The notes beneath the pieces were generated by a model. That model ran no database searches and was not told where the DNA came from. It saw only the letters and a list, made by a program, of their open reading frames with translations. Below are positions 51,601 to 63,883 of a stretch of DNA of 64,000 nt, in pieces (position 1 is the first letter of the stretch; every line of letters begins with the position of its first letter). The position numbers and the translations under genes are program-made. Where the stretch lies: positions 145,823,415-145,887,414 of the forward strand of contig NC_092375.1 in the NCBI RefSeq assembly GCF_030028105.1, in the 5' to 3' direction. Source of the DNA: Mobula birostris (taxonomy: Eukaryota).

Positions 51601-52678
51601 GCAAGATAAAGCCCATGGTATTACAGGAAAGTGAGCCTTTTCTGATTGGCTGCCGGTGCCTAGTGGTGTTCCGCTGGGGTTGGTGTTGGGACTGCTTTTC
51701 TTCACATTGTATGTCAATGATTGGGTGATGTAATTGATGACTTTGTGGCCAAGTTTGCAAATGATACGAGATAGGTGGAGGGGCAGGTAGTGTTGAGGAA
51801 GCAGGGAGGCTGCAGAAGGAATTAAACAGATTAGAAGAATGGGCAAAGAAGTGGTAGGTAGAATACAGTGTTGGGAAGCATATGGTCATGCACTTTAGTG
51901 GAGAGAATAAAAGTGTAGACTATTTTCTAAACGGGGAGAAAATTCAAAAATCTGAAGTATTAAGTGACTTGGGAGTCCTTGTGCAAAGATCGCTAAAGGT
52001 TAACTTGCAGGCTGAGTCACTGGAGAGGAAAGCAAATGCAATGTTAGCATTCATTTTGAGAGGACTAGAACATAAAAACAAGGATGTAATACGAAGGCTC
52101 TACAAGGCACTAGTGAGGGCTCACTTGGAGTACTGAGAGCAGTCTTGGGCCCTTTATCTAAGAAAGAGTGTGCAGACATTGGAGAAGGTTCAAAGGAGGT
52201 TCACGGAAATATGTCCAGGATTGAAAGGCTTATCACAAGAGGAATGCTTGATGACTCTGGGCCTGTACTCATTGGAACTAAGAAGAATGAGCTGGGATCT
52301 CAGTGAAGCTTATCAAATGCCAAAAGGCCTAGATAGAGTGGATGTGGAGAGGATGTTTCCAATGGTGGGGGAGGTCTAGGACCAGAGGACACAACCTTAG
52401 AAAAGAAGGACATCCATTTATAACAGAGATGAAGATGACCGTCTTTAGCCAGAGGGTGATGAATTTGTGAAATTCATTGCCACAGGCAGCTGTGGAGGCC
52501 AGGTCATTAAGTATATTTAACGCTGAGGTTGAGAGAGTCAGGATGTAAAAAGTTATAGGGTGAAGGCAAGTGAATGGTGTTGAGAGGATAATAGATCAGC
52601 CATGATCAAATTGTGGAGCAGACTTGATGGGCTAAATGGCTTAACTCTGCTCCTATATCTTATGGTCTTATGGTCTTT
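48640..52678 (+). mobile_element. Older, near full-length degenerate CR1 LINE (ORF1 esterase-like remnants + ORF2)
   Basis: ORF1-like VIGDSIVRG remnant at ~49270; fragmented APE and RT ORFs at 49945-52379; tail (CTTATGGT)n at ~52659-52678. Confidence 0.8.
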
Positions 52679-52791
52679 CTATTTTCCAGCCTTCATAATG
52701 ATATCTGTTATCTGGGACCACCTGTGCTCAAGCAACTTAATGAGATCCTTCAAGGTGGAATCAGGCAAGCTGATGGTATCATCAAAGGTAT

Positions 52792-52797
52792 TTTATT
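52792..52797 (-). terminator. Polyadenylation signal, gene 3
   Basis: TTTATT on + (AATAAA on -), about 50 nt past the stop codon. Confidence 0.6.
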
Positions 52798-53374
52798 TCT
52801 TCCATAGATATTTCAACAAGATAAAATCAGATTTTTAAGAGCGGCTTTTAGAAGTCCCTCATGCGCCTGAAGGACCCGATCATTGAGTTGTAGCCACCCC
52901 AGTCACTGTATCTCTTGTATTCCCCGGGTCTCAGGAAGTACTGTCGGCCTCTGTAGTTGGGATGTTCATAGAAGATCCAATAACCATCCATCACCTGACA
53001 GGAGTGGATGTCATGGTAATGGAAGCAATTGTAGACAGAGGGACAGTCATCTATGAATTCCATCACCTGCCCTCCGAAGTCAGGCCTCTCGTAAATCCTT
53101 ATCCTGTAGTTTCCACCTCGGTACTGGAATAGAAAAAAGGTAGCTTTAGTAATGATGTTCTGAAGATAGTTTGACTTCTTGTAGGGGGAATGGTTGGTGC
53201 TGGATTACCCAATCATTCTACGTGCCATCTGAACACCAATTCATAGACTGGACATTGATTTCAATGGGAAATTTGCTAGATATAATTTGATCATTTCATT
53301 TATTATCTGCTTCAGTGAAGTCTCCCACTGACATTGCTGCTGCTTCAGTTAATGCGGTTGTGGCATAGGAAAAG

Positions 53375-53720
53375 AATTGAGTCATAGACCAATACAGCAC
53401 AGATACAGGACCTTTGGCCCATCTAGTCTGTGCTGAACCATTGATCTGCCTAGTACTGTCGACTTGCACCAGACGATAGCCCTCCATACCCTTCCCTTCC
53501 ATGTACCTATCCAAATTAATCCTAAATGTTGAAATCGACCTCACATCCATCACTTGTGCTGGCAGCTTGTTCCACACTCTCACCACCCTTTGAATGAAGA
53601 AGTTCCCCCTCATGTTGCCCTTAAACATTTCGCCTTTCACCTGAAGCTTATCCACTTTTCCAACAATGCTCCTTGCACAGAAATATATGTAGCTCAGAGC
53701 ATCAGTCCCACCATGGCTCA
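53375..53720 (-). mobile_element. CR1 3' fragment in intron 2 of gene 3
   Basis: KGEMFKGNMRGNFFIQRVVRVWNKLP...LDRYM. Confidence 0.75.
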
Positions 53721-54509
53721 ACTCTGTTGCCAGGGTAAGATGGATACACGATCAGTTACTGCAGCTTCTACAGGGCTAACTAAAGGTGTTATTGTCTTTT
53801 TAAAATATATATTTTACAATTGCAAGACCCTGCTGGATGTTAAAAACTTAAAGTACTGCAAGTAAATCCCATCAGTGGGTTGCTGATTGGCACAGAAACT
53901 AAAGGAGCTGGATTCTGTGCGGATCATGCTGCTGCTTGTGTTGGAGAGGCATCGGAGGCACGAAGGAGGTGTGCAGATTAATTGAGAGTGCGCATCTTAG
54001 TTGCTTTTCTTGTGATTGCAAGACCCTGTTGGACATTGTTAATGTGAACTGCTGCAAGACCAATTCAGTAATTTATTGGTGGATGGTGGGGGAGCTGCAT
54101 GGCCTGGGTCATAATGATGACTAGGCCACAAGCTGTGGTATCACTTGCTTACGGCTGCCCGGGAGAGAGGCCTTGGAATCGTCATGCTGCACCGGAGTGC
54201 CAGGGAGGTGTGGTGCAGCATCCAAGCTGGAACCGGTGCTGCTCCCCGGTGTTCGCTTGGCAGGAGACAAGCCGGATTGTGTTCAACTGCAGACTGCTGT
54301 AATGTTCATGGGCTCAGGGTCTTGGCCTGTATTTTTTTGTGTGGCTGTACTTTACTGACAGCTTATATGTTTTTGCTATCTTATATGGGCTATATATGCC
54401 GCGTGCTGTGTATAATTCTTGGTAGTGTGTCTTGCACCTTGGTCCCGAAGTAGCACTGTTTCATTTGGCTGTATTTATGTACGCTTGAATGGCAATTAAA
54501 GTTGAACTT

Positions 54510-55235
54510 GTATTTGAAACTGTATGATCTTCCTATTTCTGACCTCACTAGCACATGACACAGGTGGCACTCCTGAGATCACAACCCTAGAGGTCCTGTC
54601 CTTTAATTTATCACCTTCCTCCCTGAACTCACTTTGATGGACCTCATTACCCTTCCAACCCATGTCATTGGTACCAATGTGGACCACGACCTCTGGCTGC
54701 TCACCCTCCTACTTAAGAATTCTGTGGACTCGATCTGAGATGCCCCTAACCCCGGCACCCAGGAGACAAGAAACCAAGCCTCCTTCCTGTTCCCCTAACC
54801 AATGAATCTCCTATCACTACAGCTCACCTCTTCTGCCCACTTCCCTTCTGAGCCACAGAGCCAGACTCAGTGCCAGAGACCTGACCGCTGATGTTGTTCT
54901 CTGCTAAGTCATCAAGAGTATTCAAACTTGTTGTTGAGGGGAATGGCCACAGGGATACATTATGCTGGCTGCCTAACCCCTTTCTCCTTCTTCCTAGTCA
55001 CCCAGGTACCTGGGTCCTGAACCTTGGGTGTAACTATCTCCCTGTATCTCCTGTTTATCCACCCCTCAGCCTCCGGAATGATTCGGAGTTCATTTATTCC
55101 AGTTCCAACTCCTTAACGTGGTCTGTTAGAAGCTGCAGCTGGATGCATTTGATACTGATATAATTGTTAGGGACTTTCCCTCATCCTGTGAGAGGAGCAT
55201 TTCCACTATCGTACCTGGCATCCCCATTGCTCTAA
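54510..55235 (-). mobile_element. CR1 ORF1 (SGNH esterase-like) fragment in intron 2 of gene 3
   Basis: VHIGTNDMG...TSRVVISG. Confidence 0.75.
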
Positions 55236-56051
55236 AATGTGCAATAAGAAAGAAAGCATAAACAATGAAAAAAAATCCCTCTATGGCCCATGCGTCTCCT
55301 CTCAAAGCCTTGATGAGCCAAAGCCTGAACTCTCCACTCACACAATGGCTGCTCCCACAGTGGCTGCTCCACATAGCTTCTTTTTATTGGCCCTTGTTAA
55401 GTGCCTAATTATGCACAATCCACTGTCTCCTTGGGAACTGTGGTGCGGAAAAAGTGCCAAATGTCACCCCCCCCCCCCCATTTCTTTTAAACTCTCTCTT
55501 TCTTGCTGTGCAATCCGATGTTTCCTCAGGAACACTGGCACACTAGATGTGCTGACTGCCTAACAGCTGTGAGAAATTGTGCATTTGATATCCATTGGGC
55601 ACTTGCTGAGCAAATGCTCTGTCCTTAGAGCTGCAATGTACACAGCAGACAAAAGAGCAAATCCAATGAGAAAAAAAAATAGGAATGTACGTAAGGGTAA
55701 CTGCGACAGGACCTGATACAGTCATTGAATCCCATCCAGCGCTGGTAGTCAGGATACTCTCCCCTGCTCAGGACATACTGGTATCCCATGTAGTTGGGTC
55801 TCTCGTACAACACCCACCAGTCACTCTCGACACGGATGGAGTTACAGCGGCTGAAGTAAGGGGAGTGTTCCTGTCCTCGTAGAAAATAATCTATGGAGAA
55901 AACAAATTTTCCATTAAATAATTTCAAAAATGAGTAATCACACACTGTGGAATTCTAATGCAACATATAAATTCTGAGTTGTCCTTGCCTTTCCCATTTT
56001 ATCCTCATGGTTATCTGGTTAACAAATGTTTCACGACATTGTTTAGCTTGG

Positions 56052-56174
56052 TATTTATGTGCTGGGTAGGAATGCCTTGCTGAACTTTCTTTTGTTACTC
56101 TAATGATCCAGGGCAAAAATCAGCAAAAGTCTAAAAACTGCACGTTCCATACATTGTAGAAACTCAGCAGAAAA
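56052..56174 (-). promoter_or_regulatory. Gene 3 promoter: variant TATA (CATAAATA) and MARE half-site
   Basis: On the - strand, CACATAAATACC at ~56050-56061 and TTTTCTGCTGAG at 56163-56174. Sox-like CATTGT at 56152-56157. Confidence 0.5.
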
Positions 56175-56514
56175 ACGCCTGATAACGTCATTGGCTCTTA
56201 CTTTTTTTTTTGCATTAGTGTCATTTTACTTTTGTTAGAAAATAGTAAAGTCAACTGTGCGTTCAGTTTCAGAAAAAGGGAGTTGTTCACATGTTTTATT
56301 GCTAGGATTGAGCAGAACATGGAAAAGAAATCTGCAACAGTGGATTCCACACAATAATTTTGCTTCCTTTGTAATGGAAGGAAAATCCATTAATTTTGGT
56401 GATTGCCCTAGAAATATCTATGACAGGTTTTTCTTTGGGTTCTGTCAGTGATTGATTAAAAATGAAGACAAAAGATATTGAAGATGCCGGAATTCAGAAA
56501 AGTAATCGGACTGA

Positions 56515-56720
56515 TGAAAGTTACAGCGTTAGTGACCTGGGCTTGATTCTGCCACTGTCTATAAGGAGTTTGTATGTTCTCTCTTTGACCGTGTGGGTTT
56601 CTTCCAGATGCTCAGGTTTCAAAGACAAAGGTTAATTAGTCACATGAGTGTAATCAGGAGACACTGTCACATGGGCTGAAGGGCCTGCTACTCTGCTGTA
56701 TCTCAAAGTAAATAAAATGA
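56515..56720 (+). mobile_element. V-SINE/HE1-like SINE
   Basis: GGAGTTTGTATGTTCTC...GTGTGGGTTTCTTCCAGATGCTCAGGTTTC core and an A-rich end. Confidence 0.6.
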
Positions 56721-57545
56721 AACTTGGCAGGTAAAGCAGCATCTTTGGTGGCAAGATGTGCAAGTGGACAGATCGGGTTGAAAGGCTGCAATCTTTCCTC
56801 CCAGTTCACATGCAAGGTCGTGACAGAAAATATTGGATTATGGATTTTAACTCCATAGATGCCACTTGACAGCTGGGTTCTTCCAGCATTCTGTTTTTAA
56901 GGATCAGATTTACTCATTGGCTTTGTCTGTGGTGCTCTTCCTTTCCTTACTCTGTTCCAGAATTAGGATTCACTAAAAGACGTAATAGTAGGAAAACTAA
57001 TGAGGAAGGGGAGATTCTAGAAAACCCTGAGAGAGTTAAAGTAGACCTTTGAGGGCTGGGGCTAATTACTGAGTTTAATATCTTGAGCCAATGATTGTCC
57101 AAAGCAGAAGATCAAAAACCTGGTGTCAGAACAGTTGTTGGCATTGTAGCTGAAAATTCAATAGCTTAGTTGTCTTCTAACTCAAGCTAAACTCATTAGG
57201 AAGAGGTGTTCCTTCTCAAATTTCAAAGCAGTTTGTTGCACAAATACTTGAAGCTCATTTTCACTTTTTTTAACTTTATGTTGACTAGGATAAAATGACA
57301 AGCCTCATGGTTCACACAGGAAGGAAGACAGTATCAGTCTCTGGTGCATAATGAGATATTAAGGGCTATGAAAAGAGCACAGGTTGAAGAGAATCTTTAC
57401 AGACCCTTATGTCAGATTTCCTCACACAATGCCACGGCATCAACACCTAACTGCATATCTCCTGCCATGAAATCATAAATACGAAGGCATTCAGTACTTT
57501 AAGTATGTCAACTTGCTGCAAATGCAGTTGGTTCCATTCATATAT

Positions 57546-60500
57546 CATAGAAACATAGAAAATAGGTGCAGGAGTAGGCCATTCGGCCCTTCGAGCCTGC
57601 ACCGCCATTTATTATGATCATGGCTGATCATCCAACTCAGAACCCTGTACCAGCCTTCCCTCCATACCCCCTGATCCCTTTAGCCACAAGGGCCATATCT
57701 AACTCCCTCTTAAATATAGCCAATGAACTGGCCTCAACTGTTTCCTGTGGCAGAGAATTCCACAGATTCACCACTCTCTGTGTGAAGAAGTTTTTCCTAA
57801 TCTCGGTCCTAAAAAGGCTTCCCCTCTATCCTCAAACTGTGGCCCCTCGTTCTGGACTTCCCCAACATTGGGAACAATCTTCCTGCATCTAGCCTGTCCA
57901 ATCCCTTTAGGATTTTATATGTTTCAATCAGATCCCCCCTCAATCTTCTAAATTCCAATGAGTACAAGCCCAGTTCATCCAGTCTTTCTTCATATGAAAG
58001 TCCTGCCATCCCAGGAATCAATCTGGTGAACCTTCTTTGTACTCCCTCTATGGCAAGGATGTCTTTCCTCAGATTAGGAGACCAAAACTGCACACAATAC
58101 TCCAGGTGTGGTCTCACCAAGGCCTTGTACAACTGCAGTAGTACCTCCCTGCTTCTGTACTCGAATCCTCTCGCTATAAATGCCAGCATACCATTCGCCT
58201 TTTTCACCGCCTGCTGTACCTGCATGCCCACTTTCAACGACTGGTGTATAATGACACCCAGGTCTCGTTGCACCTCCCCTTTTCCTAATTGGCCACCATT
58301 CAGATAATAATCTGTTTTCCTATCTTTGCCACCAAAGTGGATAACTTCACATTTATTCACATTAAATTGCATCTGCCATGAATTTGCCCACTCACCCAAC
58401 CTATCCAAGTCACCCTGCATCCTCTTAGCATCCTCCTCACAGCCAACACCACCACCCAGCTTCGTGTCATCCGCAAACTTGGAGATGCTGCATTTAATTC
58501 CCTCATCCAAGTCATTAATATATATTGTAATCAACTGGGGTCCCAGCACTGAGCCTTGTGGTACCCCACTAGTCACCGCCTGCCATTCTGAAAAGGTCCC
58601 GTTTATTCCCACTCTTTGCTTCCTGTCTGCTAACCAATTCTCCACCCACACCAATACCTTACACCCCATACCGTGTGCTTTAAGTTTGCACACTAATCTC
58701 CTGTGTGGGACCTTGTCAAAAGCCTTTTGAAAATCCAAATATACCACATCCACTGGTTCTCCCCTATCCACTCTACTAGTTACATCCTCAAAAAATTCTA
58801 TGAGATTCGTCAGACATGATTTTCCTTTCACAAATCCATGCTGACTTTGTCCGATCATTTCACCGCTTTCCAAATGTGCTGTTATCACATCCTTGATAAC
58901 TGACTCCAGCAGTTTCCCCACCACTGACGTTAGGCTAACCGGTCTATAATTCCCCGGTTTCTCTCTCCCTCCTTTTTTAAAAAGTGGGGTTACATTAGCC
59001 ACCCTCCAATCCTCAGGAACTAGTCCAGAATCTAACGAGTTTTGAAAAATTATCACTAATGCATCCACTATTTCTTGGGCTACTTCCTTAAGCACACTAG
59101 GATGCACACCATCTGGCCCTGGGGATTTATCTGCCTTCAATCCCTTCAATTTACCTAACACCACTTCCCTACTAACATGTATTTCGCTCAGTTCCCCCAT
59201 CTCACTGGACCCTCTGTCCCTTACTATTTCTGGAAGATTATTTATGTCCTCCTTAGTGAAGACAGAACCAAAGTAATTATTCAATTGGTCTGCCATGTCC
59301 TTGCTCCCCATAATCAATTCACCTGTTTCTGTCTGCAGGAGACCTACATTTGTCTTTACCAGTCTTTTCCTTTTTACATATCTATAAAAGCTTTTACAGT
59401 CCGTTTTTATGTTCCCTGCCAGTTTTCTCTCATAATCTTTTTTCCCCTTCCTAATTAAGCCCTTTGTCCTCCTCTGCTGAAATCTGAATTTCTCCCAGTC
59501 CTCAGGTGAGCCACTTTCTCTGGCTAATTTGTATGCCTCTTCTTTGGAATTGATGATATCCCTAATTTCTCTTGTCAGCCACGGGTGCACTATCTTCCTT
59601 GATTTACTCTTTTGCCAAACTGGGATGAACAATTGTTGTAGTTCATCCATGCAACCTTTAAATGCTTGCCATTGCGTATCCACCGTCAATCCTTTAAGTG
59701 TCATTTGCCAGTCTATCTTAGCTAATTCATGTCTCATACCTTCAAAGTTACCCCTCTTTAAGTTCAGAACCTTTGTTTCTGAATTAACTATGTCACTCTC
59801 CATCTTAATGAAGAATTCCACCATATTATGGTCACTCTTACCCAAGGGGCCTCTCACGACAAGATTGCTAATTAACCCTTCCTCATTGCTCAGAACCCAG
59901 TCCAGAATAGCCTGCTCTCTAGTTGGTTCCTCGACATGTTGGTTCAAACAACCATCCCGCATACATTCCAAGAAATCCTCTTCCTCAGCACCTTTACCAA
60001 TTTGGTCCACCCAATCTACATGTAGATTGAAGTCACCCATTATAACTGCTGTTCCTTTATTGCACACATTTCTAATTTCCTGTTTAATACCATCTCCGAC
60101 CTCACTACTACTGTTAGGTGGCCTGTACACAACTCCCACCAGCGTCTTCTGCCCCTTAGTGTTACGCAGCTCTACCCATATCGATTCCACATCTTCCCGG
60201 CTTATGTCCTTCCTTTCTATTGCGTTAATCTCTTCTTTAACCAGCAACGCCACCCCACCTCCCCTTCCTTCATGTCTATCCCTCCTGAATATTGAATATC
60301 CCTGAACGTTGAGCTCCCATCCCTGGTCACCCTGGAGCCATGTCTCTGTGATCCCAACTATATCATAATCATTAATAACAATCTGCACTTTCAATTCATC
60401 CACCTTATTACGAATGCTCCTTGCATTGACACACAAAGCCTTCAGGCGCTCTTTTATAACTCTCTTAGCCCTTATACAATTATGCTGAAAAGTGGCCCTT

Positions 60501-60738
60501 TTTAATGCTTGCCCTGGATTTGTCGGCCTGCCACTTTTACTTTTCTCCTTACTACTTTTTGCTTCTACCCTCACTTTACACCCCTCTGTCTCTCTGCACT
60601 GGTTCCCATCCCCCTGTTGTGAATTAACCTCCTCTCGCCTAGCCTCTTTAGTTTGATTCCCACCCCCCAACCATTCTAGTTTAAAGTCACCTCAGTAGCC
60701 CCTGCTAATCTCCCTGCCAGGATATTGGTCCCCCTAGG
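57546..60738 (-). mobile_element. Young 5'-truncated CR1 LINE
   Basis: Tail (TTTCTATG)n at 57546-57562; uninterrupted ORF2. Confidence 0.92.
57809..60670 (-). CDS. CR1 ORF2 (APE endonuclease + reverse transcriptase), 953 aa, frameshifted near the C-terminus
   Basis: Motifs NARSIRNK, GITETWL, MGDFN, SDHN, YLDFQKAFD, SGVPQGSVLGP and FADD. An extra base in the A-run at 57811-57815 ends the ORF at GKPF*. Confidence 0.9.
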   Translation of the reverse strand: MGGGNQTKEARREEVNSQQGDGNQCRETEGCKVRVEAKSSKEKSKSGRPTNPGQALKRATFQHNCIRAKRVIKERLKALCVNARSIRNKVDELKVQIVINDYDIVGITETWLQGDQGWELNVQGYSIFRRDRHEGRGGGVALLVKEEINAIERKDISREDVESIWVELRNTKGQKTLVGVVYRPPNSSSEVGDGIKQEIRNVCNKGTAVIMGDFNLHVDWVDQIGKGAEEEDFLECMRDGCLNQHVEEPTREQAILDWVLSNEEGLISNLVVRGPLGKSDHNMVEFFIKMESDIVNSETKVLNLKRGNFEGMRHELAKIDWQMTLKGLTVDTQWQAFKGCMDELQQLFIPVWQKSKSRKIVHPWLTREIRDIINSKEEAYKLARESGSPEDWEKFRFQQRRTKGLIRKGKKDYERKLAGNIKTDCKSFYRYVKRKRLVKTNVGLLQTETGELIMGSKDMADQLNNYFGSVFTKEDINNLPEIVRDRGSSEMGELSEIHVSREVVLGKLKGLKADKSPGPDGVHPSVLKEVAQEIVDALVIIFQNSLDSGLVPEDWRVANVTPLFKKGGREKPGNYRPVSLTSVVGKLLESVIKDVITAHLESGEMIGQSQHGFVKGKSCLTNLIEFFEDVTSRVDRGEPVDVVYLDFQKAFDKVPHRRLVCKLKAHGMGCKVLVWVENWLADRKQRVGINGTFSEWQAVTSGVPQGSVLGPQLITIYINDLDEGIKCSISKFADDTKLGGGVGCEEDAKRMQGDLDRLGEWANSWQMQFNVNKCEVIHFGGKDRKTDYYLNGGQLGKGEVQRDLGVIIHQSLKVGMQVQQAVKKANGMLAFIARGFEYRSREVLLQLYKALVRPHLEYCVQFWSPNLRKDILAIEGVQRRFTRLIPGMAGLSYEERLDELGLYSLEFRRLRGDLIETYKILKGLDRLDAGRLFPMLGKSRTRGHSLRIEGKPF

Positions 60739-62305
60739 CAGCCTTTCCCTATAGCAGCCACATCCTACACCCCAGCCATCCCATGACCCAATTGTTTATT
60801 TTTCAAGTGCAGATCCAGTTTCCCATTGAAAACCAGAGCAAATGGATTTTAAACAATAACTCAACATTGCAAAGTTATGGTTTGGGTGACATATGGTTCT
60901 TTTGTCATTAATGGCCAAAGTTCAATATCACTGTTGCCTTCAAACAGGTCCTCAGCTCATTTGCATGAAACACTTTTTAAAAAAAATTCAAACCCATGCA
61001 CCCATGTTCTCTTATTCTCCGCCCTTCTGACAATTACTGTAGCAACTCCACTTCAACTGTCTGTGAAGCTGGCAAAGTGGACTGCCAGGAAAAAGTGGAT
61101 GCCATGATTCTTGTCAACATATTGGACATTGGCATCTATGATTCAAACTATTGGAGTTTACATCTAAAAACTGGGAAGGCATTGCACTCAATGGATGCAG
61201 CTGGTGGAAATCTGTTCAAGAAGGAACTGTGAAAGGAGAGAATGAACAACCAAAAGACCCAACCACAAACTCCAGTCACCACTTACTCATGTCTGCCCTG
61301 CACCAGAATTTGTGGATCCCAGATAACATTCTGCAGACACCTGTGGACCCACCAATAGGCAATACCTTGGGATAACGTCTCACTCGACTCGAGTGATCAT
61401 ATTATTGCTACTATGTATTATTGGGTTACAGCGTGGCTGTGTGTCAAGGTCATGAAATCACTTTGGTAGTGATTACTTGCCAGAACATCATGTCACTCCC
61501 TCAAGGTGATATGCATGCAGTCACTGCATCACAAGGAACTTCTAATTCTAACAAAACCACATGCTCTCTCTAACTCTAGTCTGAGGCAAGGGAGAATGAA
61601 ATACTGTGAACAATCTTTAACTAGAGAGCCTCAGAGAACTCAATGTACCAGTATGTGGCAACATGGAAGATGCTGCAAATATCTCTAAATTTAACAAGGT
61701 AGAAATCAGAACTGTAAAAGTTCAATATCTGAGGTAATTGTGAAAGTTACAGACAACGCAGTCCTCAGCCTGCTCCACGTGTCTGATAATAGGAATCAGA
61801 CATCCATGAGAATAACCTAATGACATTTGGATAAAAACTGCCTCTCACTGAAGTTCAGAATGATATATGGTTCCTGGTAATGGACTGAGTTTGTCAGACC
61901 TAAAAGATCAAACCAATTTGAGTGTCTAGCAAACAATTTAACAAATCTGCAGTGTTTAATTTTTACAGACACCTTACATGCTGCATGCTCACAAAGTGTT
62001 AAAGTGTCACTTGGAATTGTTCAGACTCTCATCTAATATTTTGACAAAATTGAATACACTACAACATTTCCTCAGTAAAGTGAAGTTTATGGTCATGCTC
62101 ACATTTACAGGTACAATACAAATAAAATTGCTGCAGCATTACAGGCAAATGGAATATAAATTATACAAAATGGACCATACAATGAAAAAAACTTTGCTAA
62201 AGCAACAGAAAGAAAGACACAATCAAAGACTAGTCCATGGCAGTACAAGAGTTGGTCAGTAGTGTTCTGGGGTAGGGCTAGGTTTGTATAGATCTGTTCA
62301 AGAAC

Positions 62306-62694
62306 CTGATGTGTACAGTAACCTTAATGTCAGTGTAACACTTCTTAACTGTCCCTTAAAGATGATCACAACTTGTAGGAATCCCAATGGAATCATAGCA
62401 ACAAACCGAAGAGGTGACCAAACTTCTGGCTGTGATCTGTATCATTGGGGGCGGGGGGGGGGGGGGTTGCGGTTGGAGGGCTTTCTATGTGGTTGACCGT
62501 TCACTCAACTGTGCAGGTCCAATAAAGAGCATTAGCTGGAGTGTTGAGGTTCAAAATTGCAGCACTGGTGACAAGCGTAGATGGAATGTAGGAGCAAGTT
62601 GCAATGATTCCACTGGGATTCCTACAAGCTGTGATCATCTTTAAGGGAGAGATAGGGAGTGTTACACTGACATTAAAGTTACTGTACACATCAG
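62306..62694. repeat. Foldback/MITE-like element with ~97-bp imperfect inverted arms
   Basis: 62306-62402 is the reverse complement of 62598-62694 with a few mismatches; the spacer contains a G-run. Confidence 0.85.
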
Positions 62695-63883
62695 CTAAGG
62701 ATGAGACACCTTAGAATGCAAAAAAGAAATTAAGAGCATGAACAGTTGGATAAAAAGCCAAGTAGAAGGAGTCTCTGGCCTTCTCAGTGAGAGTCACAGA
62801 TAAGGTGGAAGATAACAGTCTTTTCTCCAGGCTAGGGGAATCCAAAACCTGGGGGTATAGGTTTAGGGTGAGAGGGGAAAGATTTAAGTAGGACCTGAGG
62901 GGTGGGGAGTATATGTACAGAGCCACCAGAAGCAGGTACTATGATATCATACAGGAAACACTTGGGTAGCTACACGGAGGGACAAGTACATTTGAGAGGA
63001 ATTTGTACTGAATATAGGAAATAGGGCTGGGTGTGATGTCAGAGTGGACTCATTGGGGTGAAGGGCCTGTATGGCTCTAGACTCTCTGACTAATCAACGT
63101 CACTTGCTGATTGGCAGCAGAGTCTTTCAGTGCTCATTCTCTGTGTGTGCAGTAGCACTGTCGAGGATAAAACATCTGCTGTAGCTCACCTTAAAAGTGT
63201 CCAAGTGCACATTGGGCAATGATTAGTGCATCCAAAAAAATGGTGTTAACAACCCCACTGATGATATTTATGAATTTCCAAGTACTCTCATTTTACCAGC
63301 AAGTATAACTTTTCACTTTAGAGCCCTGACCTTTGAAGAAAGTGTGATTCAATTCATAACATGCATTGAAATTTTGGTAATCATACTGGGAGAACACAAA
63401 AATCCATGACATAAATTCAAGTTTGCTGTACATACTGCATCTTCTTAACTTAAATTGTCTCCATTGCTCCTAGGAGTCCTGTGAATATCTAAAACTTCTA
63501 AGAGGTGATTTGCACAATAGTTTTAGCCTATCTTATTCTTTGAACCGCACCAATTATTCACAGATTTCACTATGTCAGCTTCTCGATGAAGGCAATGCCA
63601 GTGAAACAAGTCAACATTCAAATAATGAAGCTGCTGTATTCCATTGTAACATGAATGTGCAGGACATCATTAGTAATCAGAATCAGTTTTCTTATCACTA
63701 TTATATTACATGAAATTTGTCGCTTTTCAGCTGCAGCGCAGTGTAAGACATAAAAATTACGATAATTTTTATAATCAGATTCATTATGCCCCATTAGCAT
63801 CCCTTTGTATAACATGAAAAGAAACTTCTCGATGACCTCACTTCAGTGGAGCAGCTGGCTAGACTTAAGCATGATATCTTCTA

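Larger units (their letters stand above)
52848..55997 (-). pseudogene. cryg: Gamma-crystallin gene 3, frameshifted (exon 1 55989-55997, exon 2 55691-55890, exon 3 52848-53123)
   Basis: Exon 2 is 200 nt instead of 243. A 43-nt deletion after IIFYEDRN shifts the frame to TPLTSAAV...TSMS*. Exon 3 is open (276 nt) and splice sites are present. Confidence 0.9.

Noticed and set aside
55625-55945. 106-aa ORF as an alternative N-terminus rescuing gene 3
   Set aside because: It starts at a non-ATG codon inside intron 1, lacks Greek key 1 and runs into intron 2; it is a by-product of the frameshift.
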